Source: Parachlamydiales bacterium
GTDB taxonomy: Bacteria > Chlamydiota > Chlamydiia > Chlamydiales > SM23-39
Length of the DNA: 64,000 bases
Direction: 5' to 3'
Assembly: GCA_050302075.1 (NCBI GenBank)
Contig: JBNLAH010000002.1
Span: 132,253 to 196,252 of the forward strand
This document shows, one piece after another, positions 9,841-18,159 of the stretch (positions are counted from its first letter, which is position 1; the number at the start of each line of letters is the position of its first letter). The translations under genes and the position numbers were made by a program. The notes under the pieces were generated by a model that saw nothing but the letters and a program-made list of their open reading frames with translations, ran no database searches and was not told where the DNA came from.

Positions 9841-10190
9841 TGGGCTTAGAAGAGAGAAAGAAGGGATCCGCTCCAAAAAAAATCACTAATCTTCAAGAAG
9901 AGCTCGATGAGGCTTTACTGAGGTTTCAAGCTTCTTTTGAGCTCCTTCAAAAGAACGATGATCCTAAAATGAGAAAATACTACTTTGACTCACTAATCGA
10001 AGAGTTAAATCAGTTAGATGTAATAGCTAAAGGTATTGATCGTAAAGGAATTCGAAAACAAGAAAGCATCCTTTCTAAAGATGCAAAGAAGTACTTTAGT
10101 AGCCAAAGTCAGGAGAATTTTGAGAAACTAAGGCAGGATATAGCCACTTTAAAAGAAGCTAACCGTGTTCCAAAAAACATCAGTCGATAA
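9840..10190 (+). CDS. Hypothetical small helical protein (paralogue B)
   Basis: ATG at 9840 overlaps the upstream TGA (TGATG) and follows AGGAGG at 5-nt spacing. Distant similarity to the upstream protein. Confidence 0.5.
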   Translation: MGLEERKKGSAPKKITNLQEELDEALLRFQASFELLQKNDDPKMRKYYFDSLIEELNQLDVIAKGIDRKGIRKQESILSKDAKKYFSSQSQENFEKLRQDIATLKEANRVPKNISR

Positions 10191-11004
10191 TTCTCTTTGG
10201 GTGAATGAAAGTGTATCCCACAGATTTAATCTTGTGATTTGAAACTCTTTTATTACCACTTCTGAGTGTTTTTACCGAAGGATCCCATTTTATAGGTTTG
10301 AAGCCAAACCTATCAGATATTTGCTTGTATAATTCAGAACGTATGGTATGTTCATCATCTGATAAATTATAGATGCCACGAAGTCTATGATTTAATGCAT
10401 AAGTATAAGCTTCAACTATGTCATCTAAGTGGACCATGTTTGTATAGTTATCACCTTGGCCAGATAAAATTGATCCTTGGTATTTTTTTACTTTTTCAGA
10501 AAGATTCCTATTTGGTCCATATATTTCTGATAATCGGAAAACTAGAACATTCCAACCTAGATCTTGTAGTGAAGTTAGTGTCTTCTCTGTTTCAATTAAA
10601 ATCCTACCAGGCTCTGTTTCATTCAATAGCGAGGAACTCTCATCTACCCATTTTCCATTATGATCGCCATAAACAAAAGTTGAACTGGTATACAATAAAC
10701 TTTTTAAAGGGCTGTTTTTAGCGCAGTTTTTTAAATTTTGGGCAGTTCTTAAATATACATTCTCATAGTCTTCTGGGTTGTCTGCTGCAACAGTTAGAGC
10801 AATAACGTCATTTTCATTTACTATTTGGGATAGCTTATCAGCATCAGTGGAATGTAGAACTTCAGCTTTTTGGCAGTGTTTTAATATATTGCCTAACTTA
10901 TCAAACGACCTTGTTGTCCCGGTTATATGGTGTCCCAAGCTCTTCCAGCGGCTTGCTAGAGCTTGACCTACATAACCACACCCTATAATTGCAATCTTTA
11001 ACAT
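10180..11004 (-). CDS. NAD(P)-binding epimerase/dehydratase-family (extended SDR) protein
   Basis: N-terminal Rossmann motif IIGCGYVGQALA. 274 aa with SDR-like layout. Confidence 0.7.
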   Translation of the reverse strand: MLKIAIIGCGYVGQALASRWKSLGHHITGTTRSFDKLGNILKHCQKAEVLHSTDADKLSQIVNENDVIALTVAADNPEDYENVYLRTAQNLKNCAKNSPLKSLLYTSSTFVYGDHNGKWVDESSSLLNETEPGRILIETEKTLTSLQDLGWNVLVFRLSEIYGPNRNLSEKVKKYQGSILSGQGDNYTNMVHLDDIVEAYTYALNHRLRGIYNLSDDEHTIRSELYKQISDRFGFKPIKWDPSVKTLRSGNKRVSNHKIKSVGYTFIHPKRIID

Positions 11005-11702
11005 GATAGCATTCCTAATTTAGAAAAACTTTCTTTAAGTTCTTCATTTCCTTTTTTATCAAAGAATCCTTTTTCATTTAACCAATTTACATAGTCCTTC
11101 GGAACATCCTTTAATGGTCTTCCTTGGTATTTCCCAAAGGGCATTCGTGTTGTATTAGATTGGTTCATTAACTCTAAGACCTCGTTAGGCTTTAAGTCAC
11201 CAATCATTTTTACAAAAACTTTATGCAGAACGATAACATCGTCAAGAGCTCTATGAGCTTGATTAGCTTCAATTTCATAAACTTCCCTTAGAAATTGTAG
11301 AGCATGTCTAGGTAAATCGTAACGATACTTTCTTGACCACTTTAATGAATCAACGTAATCCCAAGTTGGGATCTGTAAATCTGAACGGTTCATCTCATTT
11401 TCTAAAAAAGGCCTATCAAAAGCATCATTATTGTGAGCTACAAGTATTGCTCCTTCACTACAAAAGTTGATAAAGTCTTCACCTACTTTTTTAAAAGTAG
11501 GGGCATCTTTTACCATTTCGTTGGTAATGTTATGGATCTTTGTAGCTTCTAGCGGAATTTCACATTCGGGGTTTATAAGAGAAGAAAAAGACTTTTCGTT
11601 CAACGCGTCATATGCTGCAATCTCGATAATTCGATCCTTGTCAGATTTAACACCAGTAGTTTCGGTATCAAAAAATATAAATCTTTTATTCATATAAAAC
11701 AC
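10998..11702 (-). CDS. DnaQ-like 3'-5' exonuclease with C-terminal DUF3820-like module
   Basis: Exo motifs FFDTETTG, HNNDAFDRPFL and HRALDDV. The C-terminal MPFGKYQGRPLKDVPKDYVNWL resembles DUF3820. Confidence 0.8.
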   Translation of the reverse strand: MFYMNKRFIFFDTETTGVKSDKDRIIEIAAYDALNEKSFSSLINPECEIPLEATKIHNITNEMVKDAPTFKKVGEDFINFCSEGAILVAHNNDAFDRPFLENEMNRSDLQIPTWDYVDSLKWSRKYRYDLPRHALQFLREVYEIEANQAHRALDDVIVLHKVFVKMIGDLKPNEVLELMNQSNTTRMPFGKYQGRPLKDVPKDYVNWLNEKGFFDKKGNEELKESFSKLGMLSC

Positions 11703-11942
11703 TTTAGTTAGTATATCTGTGAATACTCTGAAAGACTTCCATCAAGAGCAATTTGAGTCCAGAGAGCAACGAGGGAAATGTAGCATGAGAGCTGAATTTA
11801 AAACAAGCAACTGATATTTGATAATTGGCCGACACTTTTTTAATAAAATCAATGACAAGAAATTTTGGAGCTTGTTTTGCTTCAAAATTTAGATGCACTT
11901 GTGGTATATTGTTCTTTCATTTGGTGTAAAAAGGAAAAGTTT

Positions 11943-12092
11943 GTGAAATATTTAATGTTTGTTCTTTTGATATTTGCTACTACTGGATGTTTTCAAGTAC
12001 ATAATGATGATTGTGCTTATTATACGGTTCCAACAACAAATAATCCAAACATTGTTCCAAATCATTCAACCTTTGCACCAGGTCTAAATTAG
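11943..12092 (+). CDS. Putative small lipoprotein (49-aa precursor)
   Basis: GTG start after AAGGAAAAG gives MKYLMFVLLIFATTGC, a signal peptide with a lipobox-like TTGC. The track ORF starts earlier, at 11865. Confidence 0.35.
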   Translation: MKYLMFVLLIFATTGCFQVHNDDCAYYTVPTTNNPNIVPNHSTFAPGLN

Positions 12093-12171
12093 CATTCCTC
12101 ACAGCTTGCTTTTTTACACATATTTAGCTAAAGATAAAAATTATAGGGAAATCTTTCAATAATCGGTTTAT

Positions 12172-13209
12172 ATGAAAAACTCAATTTATCATTTTTTTTC
12201 AAGCGATACTTCTAAAGTATTCCAGTCGCTTGGCAAAGAAGTTTTAATCGAAGATTATAAAAAAATGGTCCTGATTAGGAACTTAGAGCTAAGATTGGAA
12301 TCTTGTTACCAGCAGGGCAAAATTGGCGGATTTATGCACTCGTATATTGGGCAAGAAGCTATTCAAACTGCATGTATCAGAGCAATGGGTGAGGATAATT
12401 GGTATACAACAACCTATCGTTGCCACGCATTAGCTCTTTTATTAAGGGTCTCCCCAAAAGACATTTTTGCAGAGTTATTTGGTAAAGTTACCGGCAATGC
12501 CCTTGGTAGAGGTGGTTCGATGCACTTATATTCAGATAAGATGTTAGGTGGTTTTGCCATAGTAGGCGGGCATACTCCAATTGCAGCTGGAGCTGCCTTT
12601 TCATTAGCATATAAAAACATTAAAGATAAGGTATCTGTATGTTTTTTAGGTGAGGGGTCAGTCCCACAAGGTGCATTTCATGAATCATTGAACTTGGTAT
12701 CTCTTTGGAATTTGCCTTGCATTTATGTTATTGAGAACAATCAGTGGGGAATGGGAACAGCAGCTAAGAAAGCGGTTAGTGCTCACCCAATTGCTGAAAA
12801 AATGGCCCCTGCTTACAACATCAAAAGCTATACACTTGATGGAATGGATTACTTTAATTTGCATGCTGGGTTTTCTCATATTTTTGAAGAGACAAAAACA
12901 ACCCAAAGGCCAGTTTTAGTTGAAGTAATTACTGAAAGGTTTAAGGGGCATTCTATATCAGATCCTGGTTTTTATAGATCTAAAGAAGAGCTAGAAAAGA
13001 TAAGAAAAAGAGACCCGATCCATCTATTTAAGGATAAATTGATTGAAAATCAGCTATTTTCCGAAGAAGATGCAAAGCAAATTGAAAAAGAGCAAATAGA
13101 GCTTATAAAAAAAGCTATGAATGAAGCAGAAGGTGATAAAGACCCAGATCCAGTCCACTTGGGAGAGGGTGTTTTTGCACCTGAAGATGAAAGAATTTTT
13201 GGAGTTTGA
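12172..13209 (+). CDS. pdhA: Pyruvate dehydrogenase E1 alpha subunit
   Basis: 345 aa with a TPP-binding region (GEGS...NN.WGMGT), followed by E1 beta and E2. Confidence 0.9.
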   Translation: MKNSIYHFFSSDTSKVFQSLGKEVLIEDYKKMVLIRNLELRLESCYQQGKIGGFMHSYIGQEAIQTACIRAMGEDNWYTTTYRCHALALLLRVSPKDIFAELFGKVTGNALGRGGSMHLYSDKMLGGFAIVGGHTPIAAGAAFSLAYKNIKDKVSVCFLGEGSVPQGAFHESLNLVSLWNLPCIYVIENNQWGMGTAAKKAVSAHPIAEKMAPAYNIKSYTLDGMDYFNLHAGFSHIFEETKTTQRPVLVEVITERFKGHSISDPGFYRSKEELEKIRKRDPIHLFKDKLIENQLFSEEDAKQIEKEQIELIKKAMNEAEGDKDPDPVHLGEGVFAPEDERIFGV

Positions 13210-13212
13210 TAA

Positions 13213-14187
13213 ATGCAAGAAGTTGAAATGAGAGAGGCTCTGCGTCAGGCAATTGATGAAGAGATGCAAAGAGATGAAAATGTATTTATTTTAGGAGAAG
13301 AAGTCGGTGCTTATAACGGTGCCTATAAGGTCACTAAGGGTTTGTTAGACAAATGGGGAGCAAAGAGGGTTATTGACACTCCAATTTCTGAAAATGGATT
13401 TTCAGGACTTGCTATCGGAGCTGCTATGACAGGGCTAAGGCCGATTGTTGAATTTATGAGCTGGAATTTCTCTTTTGTGGCGATTGACCAACTGATCTCT
13501 AATGCTTGTAAGGTTTATTATATGTCAGGTGGAAGATTTAAAGTGCCAATTGTGTTTAGGGGACCTAATGGGGCTGCTGCCCAAGTGTCATGTCAACATT
13601 CTCATTGTGTAGAGGCTATATATGGCAATCTACCAGGGTTTTATATTGTCTCACCTAGTAATCCATACGATGCTAAAGGACTTTTGAAAACTGCAATTAG
13701 ATGTAACAATCCGGTTATTTTTTTGGAAAATGAGCTTGACTATGGTGATAGGCAGGAAATTCCGGATAAGGAATATACAGTTCCTTTTGGTAAAGCTAAA
13801 GTTCTTAAAGAAGGGTCTCATGTAACTATTGTTGCATATTCTAGAATGTTAAAAAAGTGTATGGCGGCAGCTGATGAATTAGCCAAGAAAGGAATTGAAC
13901 TGGAGATTATTGACCTTAGGACAATAAAACCACTGGATATTGCAACGATTTGCCAGTCCATAAAAAAGACTCATAAGTGTCTTTTAGTTGAAGAAGGGCA
14001 TATTTTTTCAGGTATTTGCGCTGAAATAGGCTTTCAAATAATTGAGCATTGCTTTGATGAGTTAGATGCGCCTTTAATTAGGTTGTGTCAAAAAGAAACG
14101 CCTCTACCTTATTCAAAAATTTTAGAAATGCATACAACTCCGACGAAAGAAAGCATTATTGAAGCTGTTTATAAACTATTAGCATAA
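13213..14187 (+). CDS. pdhB: Pyruvate dehydrogenase E1 beta subunit
   Basis: 324 aa with a typical transketolase-like pyrimidine-binding and C-terminal domain. Operon position supports the call. Confidence 0.9.
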   Translation: MQEVEMREALRQAIDEEMQRDENVFILGEEVGAYNGAYKVTKGLLDKWGAKRVIDTPISENGFSGLAIGAAMTGLRPIVEFMSWNFSFVAIDQLISNACKVYYMSGGRFKVPIVFRGPNGAAAQVSCQHSHCVEAIYGNLPGFYIVSPSNPYDAKGLLKTAIRCNNPVIFLENELDYGDRQEIPDKEYTVPFGKAKVLKEGSHVTIVAYSRMLKKCMAAADELAKKGIELEIIDLRTIKPLDIATICQSIKKTHKCLLVEEGHIFSGICAEIGFQIIEHCFDELDAPLIRLCQKETPLPYSKILEMHTTPTKESIIEAVYKLLA

Positions 14188-14196
14188 GAGGAAAAA

Positions 14197-15486
14197 ATGC
14201 CATTTACTATTACAATGCCTAAATTATCTCCCACAATGGAAGAAGGAACTATCGCAAAATGGCACTTCAAAGAAGGGGACAAAGTTGAATCTGGTGATGT
14301 TTTAATTGAAGTCACAACTGATAAAGCTACAGTAGAGCACACAGCTATAGATGGGGGATTCCTTCGTAAAATATTGGTCAAAGAGGGTGAAGATGCTAAA
14401 GTCAATCAAGATATTGCAATTTTCAGTGAATCGTTAGATGAAAGTATTGAGGATTATGAAGCTTTAAAACAGCCTTCTTTAGAAAAAACTGAAGTTGAAA
14501 AGCCAGTAGAAGAAGAAGCTCCTGAGGAAAAAGCAAAAGAAGCAGAGCAGGTATCCATAAAACAACCTTCTTTTGTTCCATATCCTCCTCTAAAGGACTA
14601 TGTCTTTAAATTTCCACAAGAAGGTTTGCAAGAAAGAGTTAAAGCATCTCCTTTAGCTAGAAAAATTGCAGAAGATAAGGGGCTTGACCTAACTACAGTT
14701 AAAGGCACAGGTCCAAATGGACGAGTGATGGAGCGAGACTTAAGTTTAGCTCAACCTTTAGGAAAGATATCAAGGAAGAAAAAGATACCAACAGATATTC
14801 CTGGAAGCTATGAAGAGGAGCCTTTAACTCCGATGAGGAAAGCAATAGGCAAAAGGCTTCAAGAATCAAAAAGTTTTATTCCTCATTTTTACATAACTCA
14901 GGAAGTTGATGTTGACTCTTTGGTAATGATGCGAAATCAACTAAAAGAGTTGGGTGTTAAACTCACTTTCAATGATTTTGTAGTTAGGGCTTGTGCTTTG
15001 GCTTTAATGGATCATCCGGGCATCAACTCCGGCTTTAATTCTGAAAGTCAATCGGTTGTGTACTTTAAAACAATAGATATAGCAGTGGCAGTGACTGTTG
15101 AGGGAGGTTTGATTACTCCTATTGTCAGGCATGCTAATTTCAAAAGCCTTAATGAAATTTCAGTAGAAGTTAAGGCATTAGCTCAAAAGGCAAAAAACAT
15201 GAAGTTACAGCCAGAGGAGTATCAAGGTGGGTCGTTTACAATTTCTAATTTGGGGATGTTTGGTATAACTGATTTTGTAGCAGTTATAAATCCTCCGCAG
15301 TCAGCTATACTAGCTGTTGGGGGAATTCAAGAAAAACCAGTTATTAGGGATGGAAAGGTGACAGTTGGTAAGACGATGTCAATTACGCTATCAGCTGATC
15401 ATAGAGTAGTTGATGGCTCTGATGGAGCAAAGTTTATCAAGGATGTTCAAAAGCTTTTGGAAAGTCCGGCAGCTCTTTTGCTATAG
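14197..15486 (+). CDS. pdhC: Dihydrolipoamide acetyltransferase (PDH E2)
   Basis: N-terminal lipoyl domain (EVTTDKAT), a subunit-binding domain, and a catalytic DHR..DG motif (SADHRVVDG). Confidence 0.9.
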   Translation: MPFTITMPKLSPTMEEGTIAKWHFKEGDKVESGDVLIEVTTDKATVEHTAIDGGFLRKILVKEGEDAKVNQDIAIFSESLDESIEDYEALKQPSLEKTEVEKPVEEEAPEEKAKEAEQVSIKQPSFVPYPPLKDYVFKFPQEGLQERVKASPLARKIAEDKGLDLTTVKGTGPNGRVMERDLSLAQPLGKISRKKKIPTDIPGSYEEEPLTPMRKAIGKRLQESKSFIPHFYITQEVDVDSLVMMRNQLKELGVKLTFNDFVVRACALALMDHPGINSGFNSESQSVVYFKTIDIAVAVTVEGGLITPIVRHANFKSLNEISVEVKALAQKAKNMKLQPEEYQGGSFTISNLGMFGITDFVAVINPPQSAILAVGGIQEKPVIRDGKVTVGKTMSITLSADHRVVDGSDGAKFIKDVQKLLESPAALLL

Positions 15487-16401
15487 CCATTTCTTTTTTA
15501 TAAAAACAATAACTGATAGAAGAGATAGCACAATTACAATGTTCATAATAACAACAAAAGCTAGAGGATCTTTTTCGAAAGGAAGTTCGACATTCATCCC
15601 ATAGACCGATGCTATAATTGTTGGTATTGTGAAAATAATTGTAATTGCTGTTAGCCTTTTGATAGTTTTGTTCACATCATTTGTGAATATGATTTGATAA
15701 GAGTCTCTTAATGATCTGATGCTTCTTACATTAACTTGGCAATAGTCTTCAGACTGTTTAATTGCGATTGATAAGTCTTGCAAAAGATCATAGTCTTTTT
15801 CGTAAAGTTTCACAAATCTGCCGCCTAAAATTGACTCCAACAAGTTTCTCATCGGTACAAGTGATGTTAAAAACTGATTTAAAATCTCTTCGTTTTTTGT
15901 GAGTAAGATTATTGCATCGCTATCGATGTTCACAATTTCTTTTTCTTGCTCTAGGACGGCATAGCGAACCCGCTTGATACTATTTGTATAATCCTGAGTG
16001 ATTTTTAATAAAATATTGAATAAAAGCTTTGATTTCTGTGTAGTTGCAAGCTGGAGATTATTTTTTAAAATGTTATCTATAACATGACTTTTTTGGGGGC
16101 ATATTGTTACAACATAGAATTCTGTCAAAATGATTGTAAGTGTTGCAGTATATAAGCCTAATTCTTCTTCAGAAGGGTGCCTTGTAAAAACCAGAATATT
16201 TTTATCTGCAAGTTCAATTCTGGGAATCTCATATTTATCTAGACTATCTTTTAAATGTTCAAATTCAATCCCTAAAATCGGTTCTAATTGTGATAATTCC
16301 TCTGTAGTGGCATTCTGCATATGAATCCAGCTGCCTGGCTTATATTCATTGGTTTTTTTAAAAGAATCATCTCTTATTGATTTGTAATAAATATCAATCA
16401 C
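15481..16401 (-). CDS. CorA-family divalent cation transporter
   Basis: YGMNV (GMN) signature followed by two C-terminal TM helices. Confidence 0.8.
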   Translation of the reverse strand: MIDIYYKSIRDDSFKKTNEYKPGSWIHMQNATTEELSQLEPILGIEFEHLKDSLDKYEIPRIELADKNILVFTRHPSEEELGLYTATLTIILTEFYVVTICPQKSHVIDNILKNNLQLATTQKSKLLFNILLKITQDYTNSIKRVRYAVLEQEKEIVNIDSDAIILLTKNEEILNQFLTSLVPMRNLLESILGGRFVKLYEKDYDLLQDLSIAIKQSEDYCQVNVRSIRSLRDSYQIIFTNDVNKTIKRLTAITIIFTIPTIIASVYGMNVELPFEKDPLAFVVIMNIVIVLSLLSVIVFIKKKWL

Positions 16402-16519
16402 GGAAAAGCCCTTTTTCCCTAATAATCATTTAATAATAATTAAAATTAAGGAAAGCAAGGAATTTTTATATATTTTTTTGAAAATATTAAATGGGAAGGT
16501 TATCTGAAAGAGCTTATAT

Positions 16520-17575
16520 TCAATTTGAAGGAGGTGTTAATAAATTTTTAAAAATTTCAATCTCTTTTTGAAGCTTTTTTAAATTATCAGCATATTTTTG
16601 TATGCGTCTAAGGTGCGCCTTTTGGAGATTATATTCCTGAATAGGTATTGCTGGAGATCCTCTGTATTTTCCACTTTTTGTAAGAGATTTACTTACTCCA
16701 CCACGAGTGGCTATTAAAACATAATCTGTGATTTCAACATGTCCAAGTACTCCGACTTGTCCACCCATCATAACATTTTTTCCAGTTTTAGCTGATCCTG
16801 CTATTCCAGTTTGTGCTGCAATTATGTTGCATTCTCCAATTTCAGCATTATGAGCTATTTGAACAAGATTATCTATCTTTGTCCCTTTCTTTATGATTGT
16901 TGATTTGAACCTAGCCCTATCAATTGTTGAGTTTGCCCCAATTTCAACATCTTCTTCTAAAATAACGTTACCAATCTGTTCTAATTTTATATTGTTTCCA
17001 TTGTTATCTTGAATGTAGCCAAAGCCGCATGATCCAATTACAGCTCCTGGCTGTAAAATAACTCTATCTTTAATAATACACTCTTCTCTTACAACACTGT
17101 GAGAGTGAAGAAGGCAATTAGACCCAATAGTAGAGTTAGGACCTATAAAGACAAGTGGACCAATAAAAGTATCGTCTCCAATAACTACATTTTCATCGAT
17201 TACAGCATTGGGACATATGGTTACATTATTTCCAATTTTTGCAGTCTCATGAATAACAGCTGTTGGATGTAAATTAGAAAAGCCGCTTTTTTTAGTGGTT
17301 GATAAGATAATTTCCGCAATTTGTTGAAAAGTTTTAGACGGATCATTTGATATTAGATAATTTTTATTATCTTCAATTTTAACGGATTTTGAAATACAAA
17401 AGACCCCAGCTTTGGAATGCTTCATCATTTCAGCATAACGTAAATTAGCTAAAAAAGAGACCTCTGATTCTTTTGCATTTTCTAGTGTATTAACGCCGGC
17501 AACCATATAATTTTCATTGCCGACGCACTTAGAATTTGTTAAATCTGCTAGCTCTTTTAAGGTAAACTTTTTCAT
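16520..17575 (-). CDS. lpxD: UDP-3-O-acylglucosamine N-acyltransferase
   Basis: 351 aa with extended hexapeptide-repeat left-handed beta-helix sequence. Sits in the conserved lpxD-skp-bamA context. Confidence 0.9.
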   Translation of the reverse strand: MKKFTLKELADLTNSKCVGNENYMVAGVNTLENAKESEVSFLANLRYAEMMKHSKAGVFCISKSVKIEDNKNYLISNDPSKTFQQIAEIILSTTKKSGFSNLHPTAVIHETAKIGNNVTICPNAVIDENVVIGDDTFIGPLVFIGPNSTIGSNCLLHSHSVVREECIIKDRVILQPGAVIGSCGFGYIQDNNGNNIKLEQIGNVILEEDVEIGANSTIDRARFKSTIIKKGTKIDNLVQIAHNAEIGECNIIAAQTGIAGSAKTGKNVMMGGQVGVLGHVEITDYVLIATRGGVSKSLTKSGKYRGSPAIPIQEYNLQKAHLRRIQKYADNLKKLQKEIEIFKNLLTPPSN

Positions 17576-18147
17576 TATTTAGAAGATTTACTTTCAACTG
17601 CTTTCTTTTTACCTTGCTCAAATTCAAAATCACGATCCATTTCTTCAATAACTAGGTTTGTTATTTCTAAATCTGGAATGAAATAAAAGCAAGCTTCTTT
17701 GTTAACAACATAAGCTAAGTTTTTTCTTTTTGCAATTTTTTCCGACGCTTTAGAAATAATAGAGTTCATTTTTTGCATTAACTGATAGCTAGCTTGTTGT
17801 GATACTTGATAATACCTTTGTTGGTAATTTTCGAGCTCTCCACGCAAAACTTGGTACTTTGTGTTAATCTCTTCCTCTGCTTTAGGGGAAAGACTATCTC
17901 TGTAATCTGCATCTGCTAGTTTATCGGTGATGTTTTTTAATTCTTTTTCAGACTCTTCTATCATAGAAGCCATCTGCTTTCGCATATATTCCAGATTCTC
18001 TTGCTCGTGCTTACCTGGTTTTGAATCTGTAATACATTTTGTAAAATTAACAACAGCAACTCGCCCGGACTTATCACTAGCAGCTACTAGTTTTCCCGAG
18101 AAAGCTATTGCTAAAATCATAAGAATAAGAATTTTGTGCTTTTTCAT
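17575..18147 (-). CDS. skp: Periplasmic chaperone Skp/OmpH
   Basis: 190 aa with a signal peptide and a coiled-coil-rich sequence, located between bamA and lpxD. Confidence 0.8.
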   Translation of the reverse strand: MKKHKILILMILAIAFSGKLVAASDKSGRVAVVNFTKCITDSKPGKHEQENLEYMRKQMASMIEESEKELKNITDKLADADYRDSLSPKAEEEINTKYQVLRGELENYQQRYYQVSQQASYQLMQKMNSIISKASEKIAKRKNLAYVVNKEACFYFIPDLEITNLVIEEMDRDFEFEQGKKKAVESKSSK

Positions 18148-18159
18148 TATAACTCCTTT

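Noticed and set aside
11704-11898. 64-aa minus-strand ORF ending 2 nt before the exonuclease start, in a 240-nt spacer of coding-like GC content.
   Set aside because: It has a GTG start without an SD and an implausible sequence. I found no convincing RNA structure or sigma-28-like promoter (GCCGACAC lacks a matching -35). Left as an unexplained divergent promoter region.
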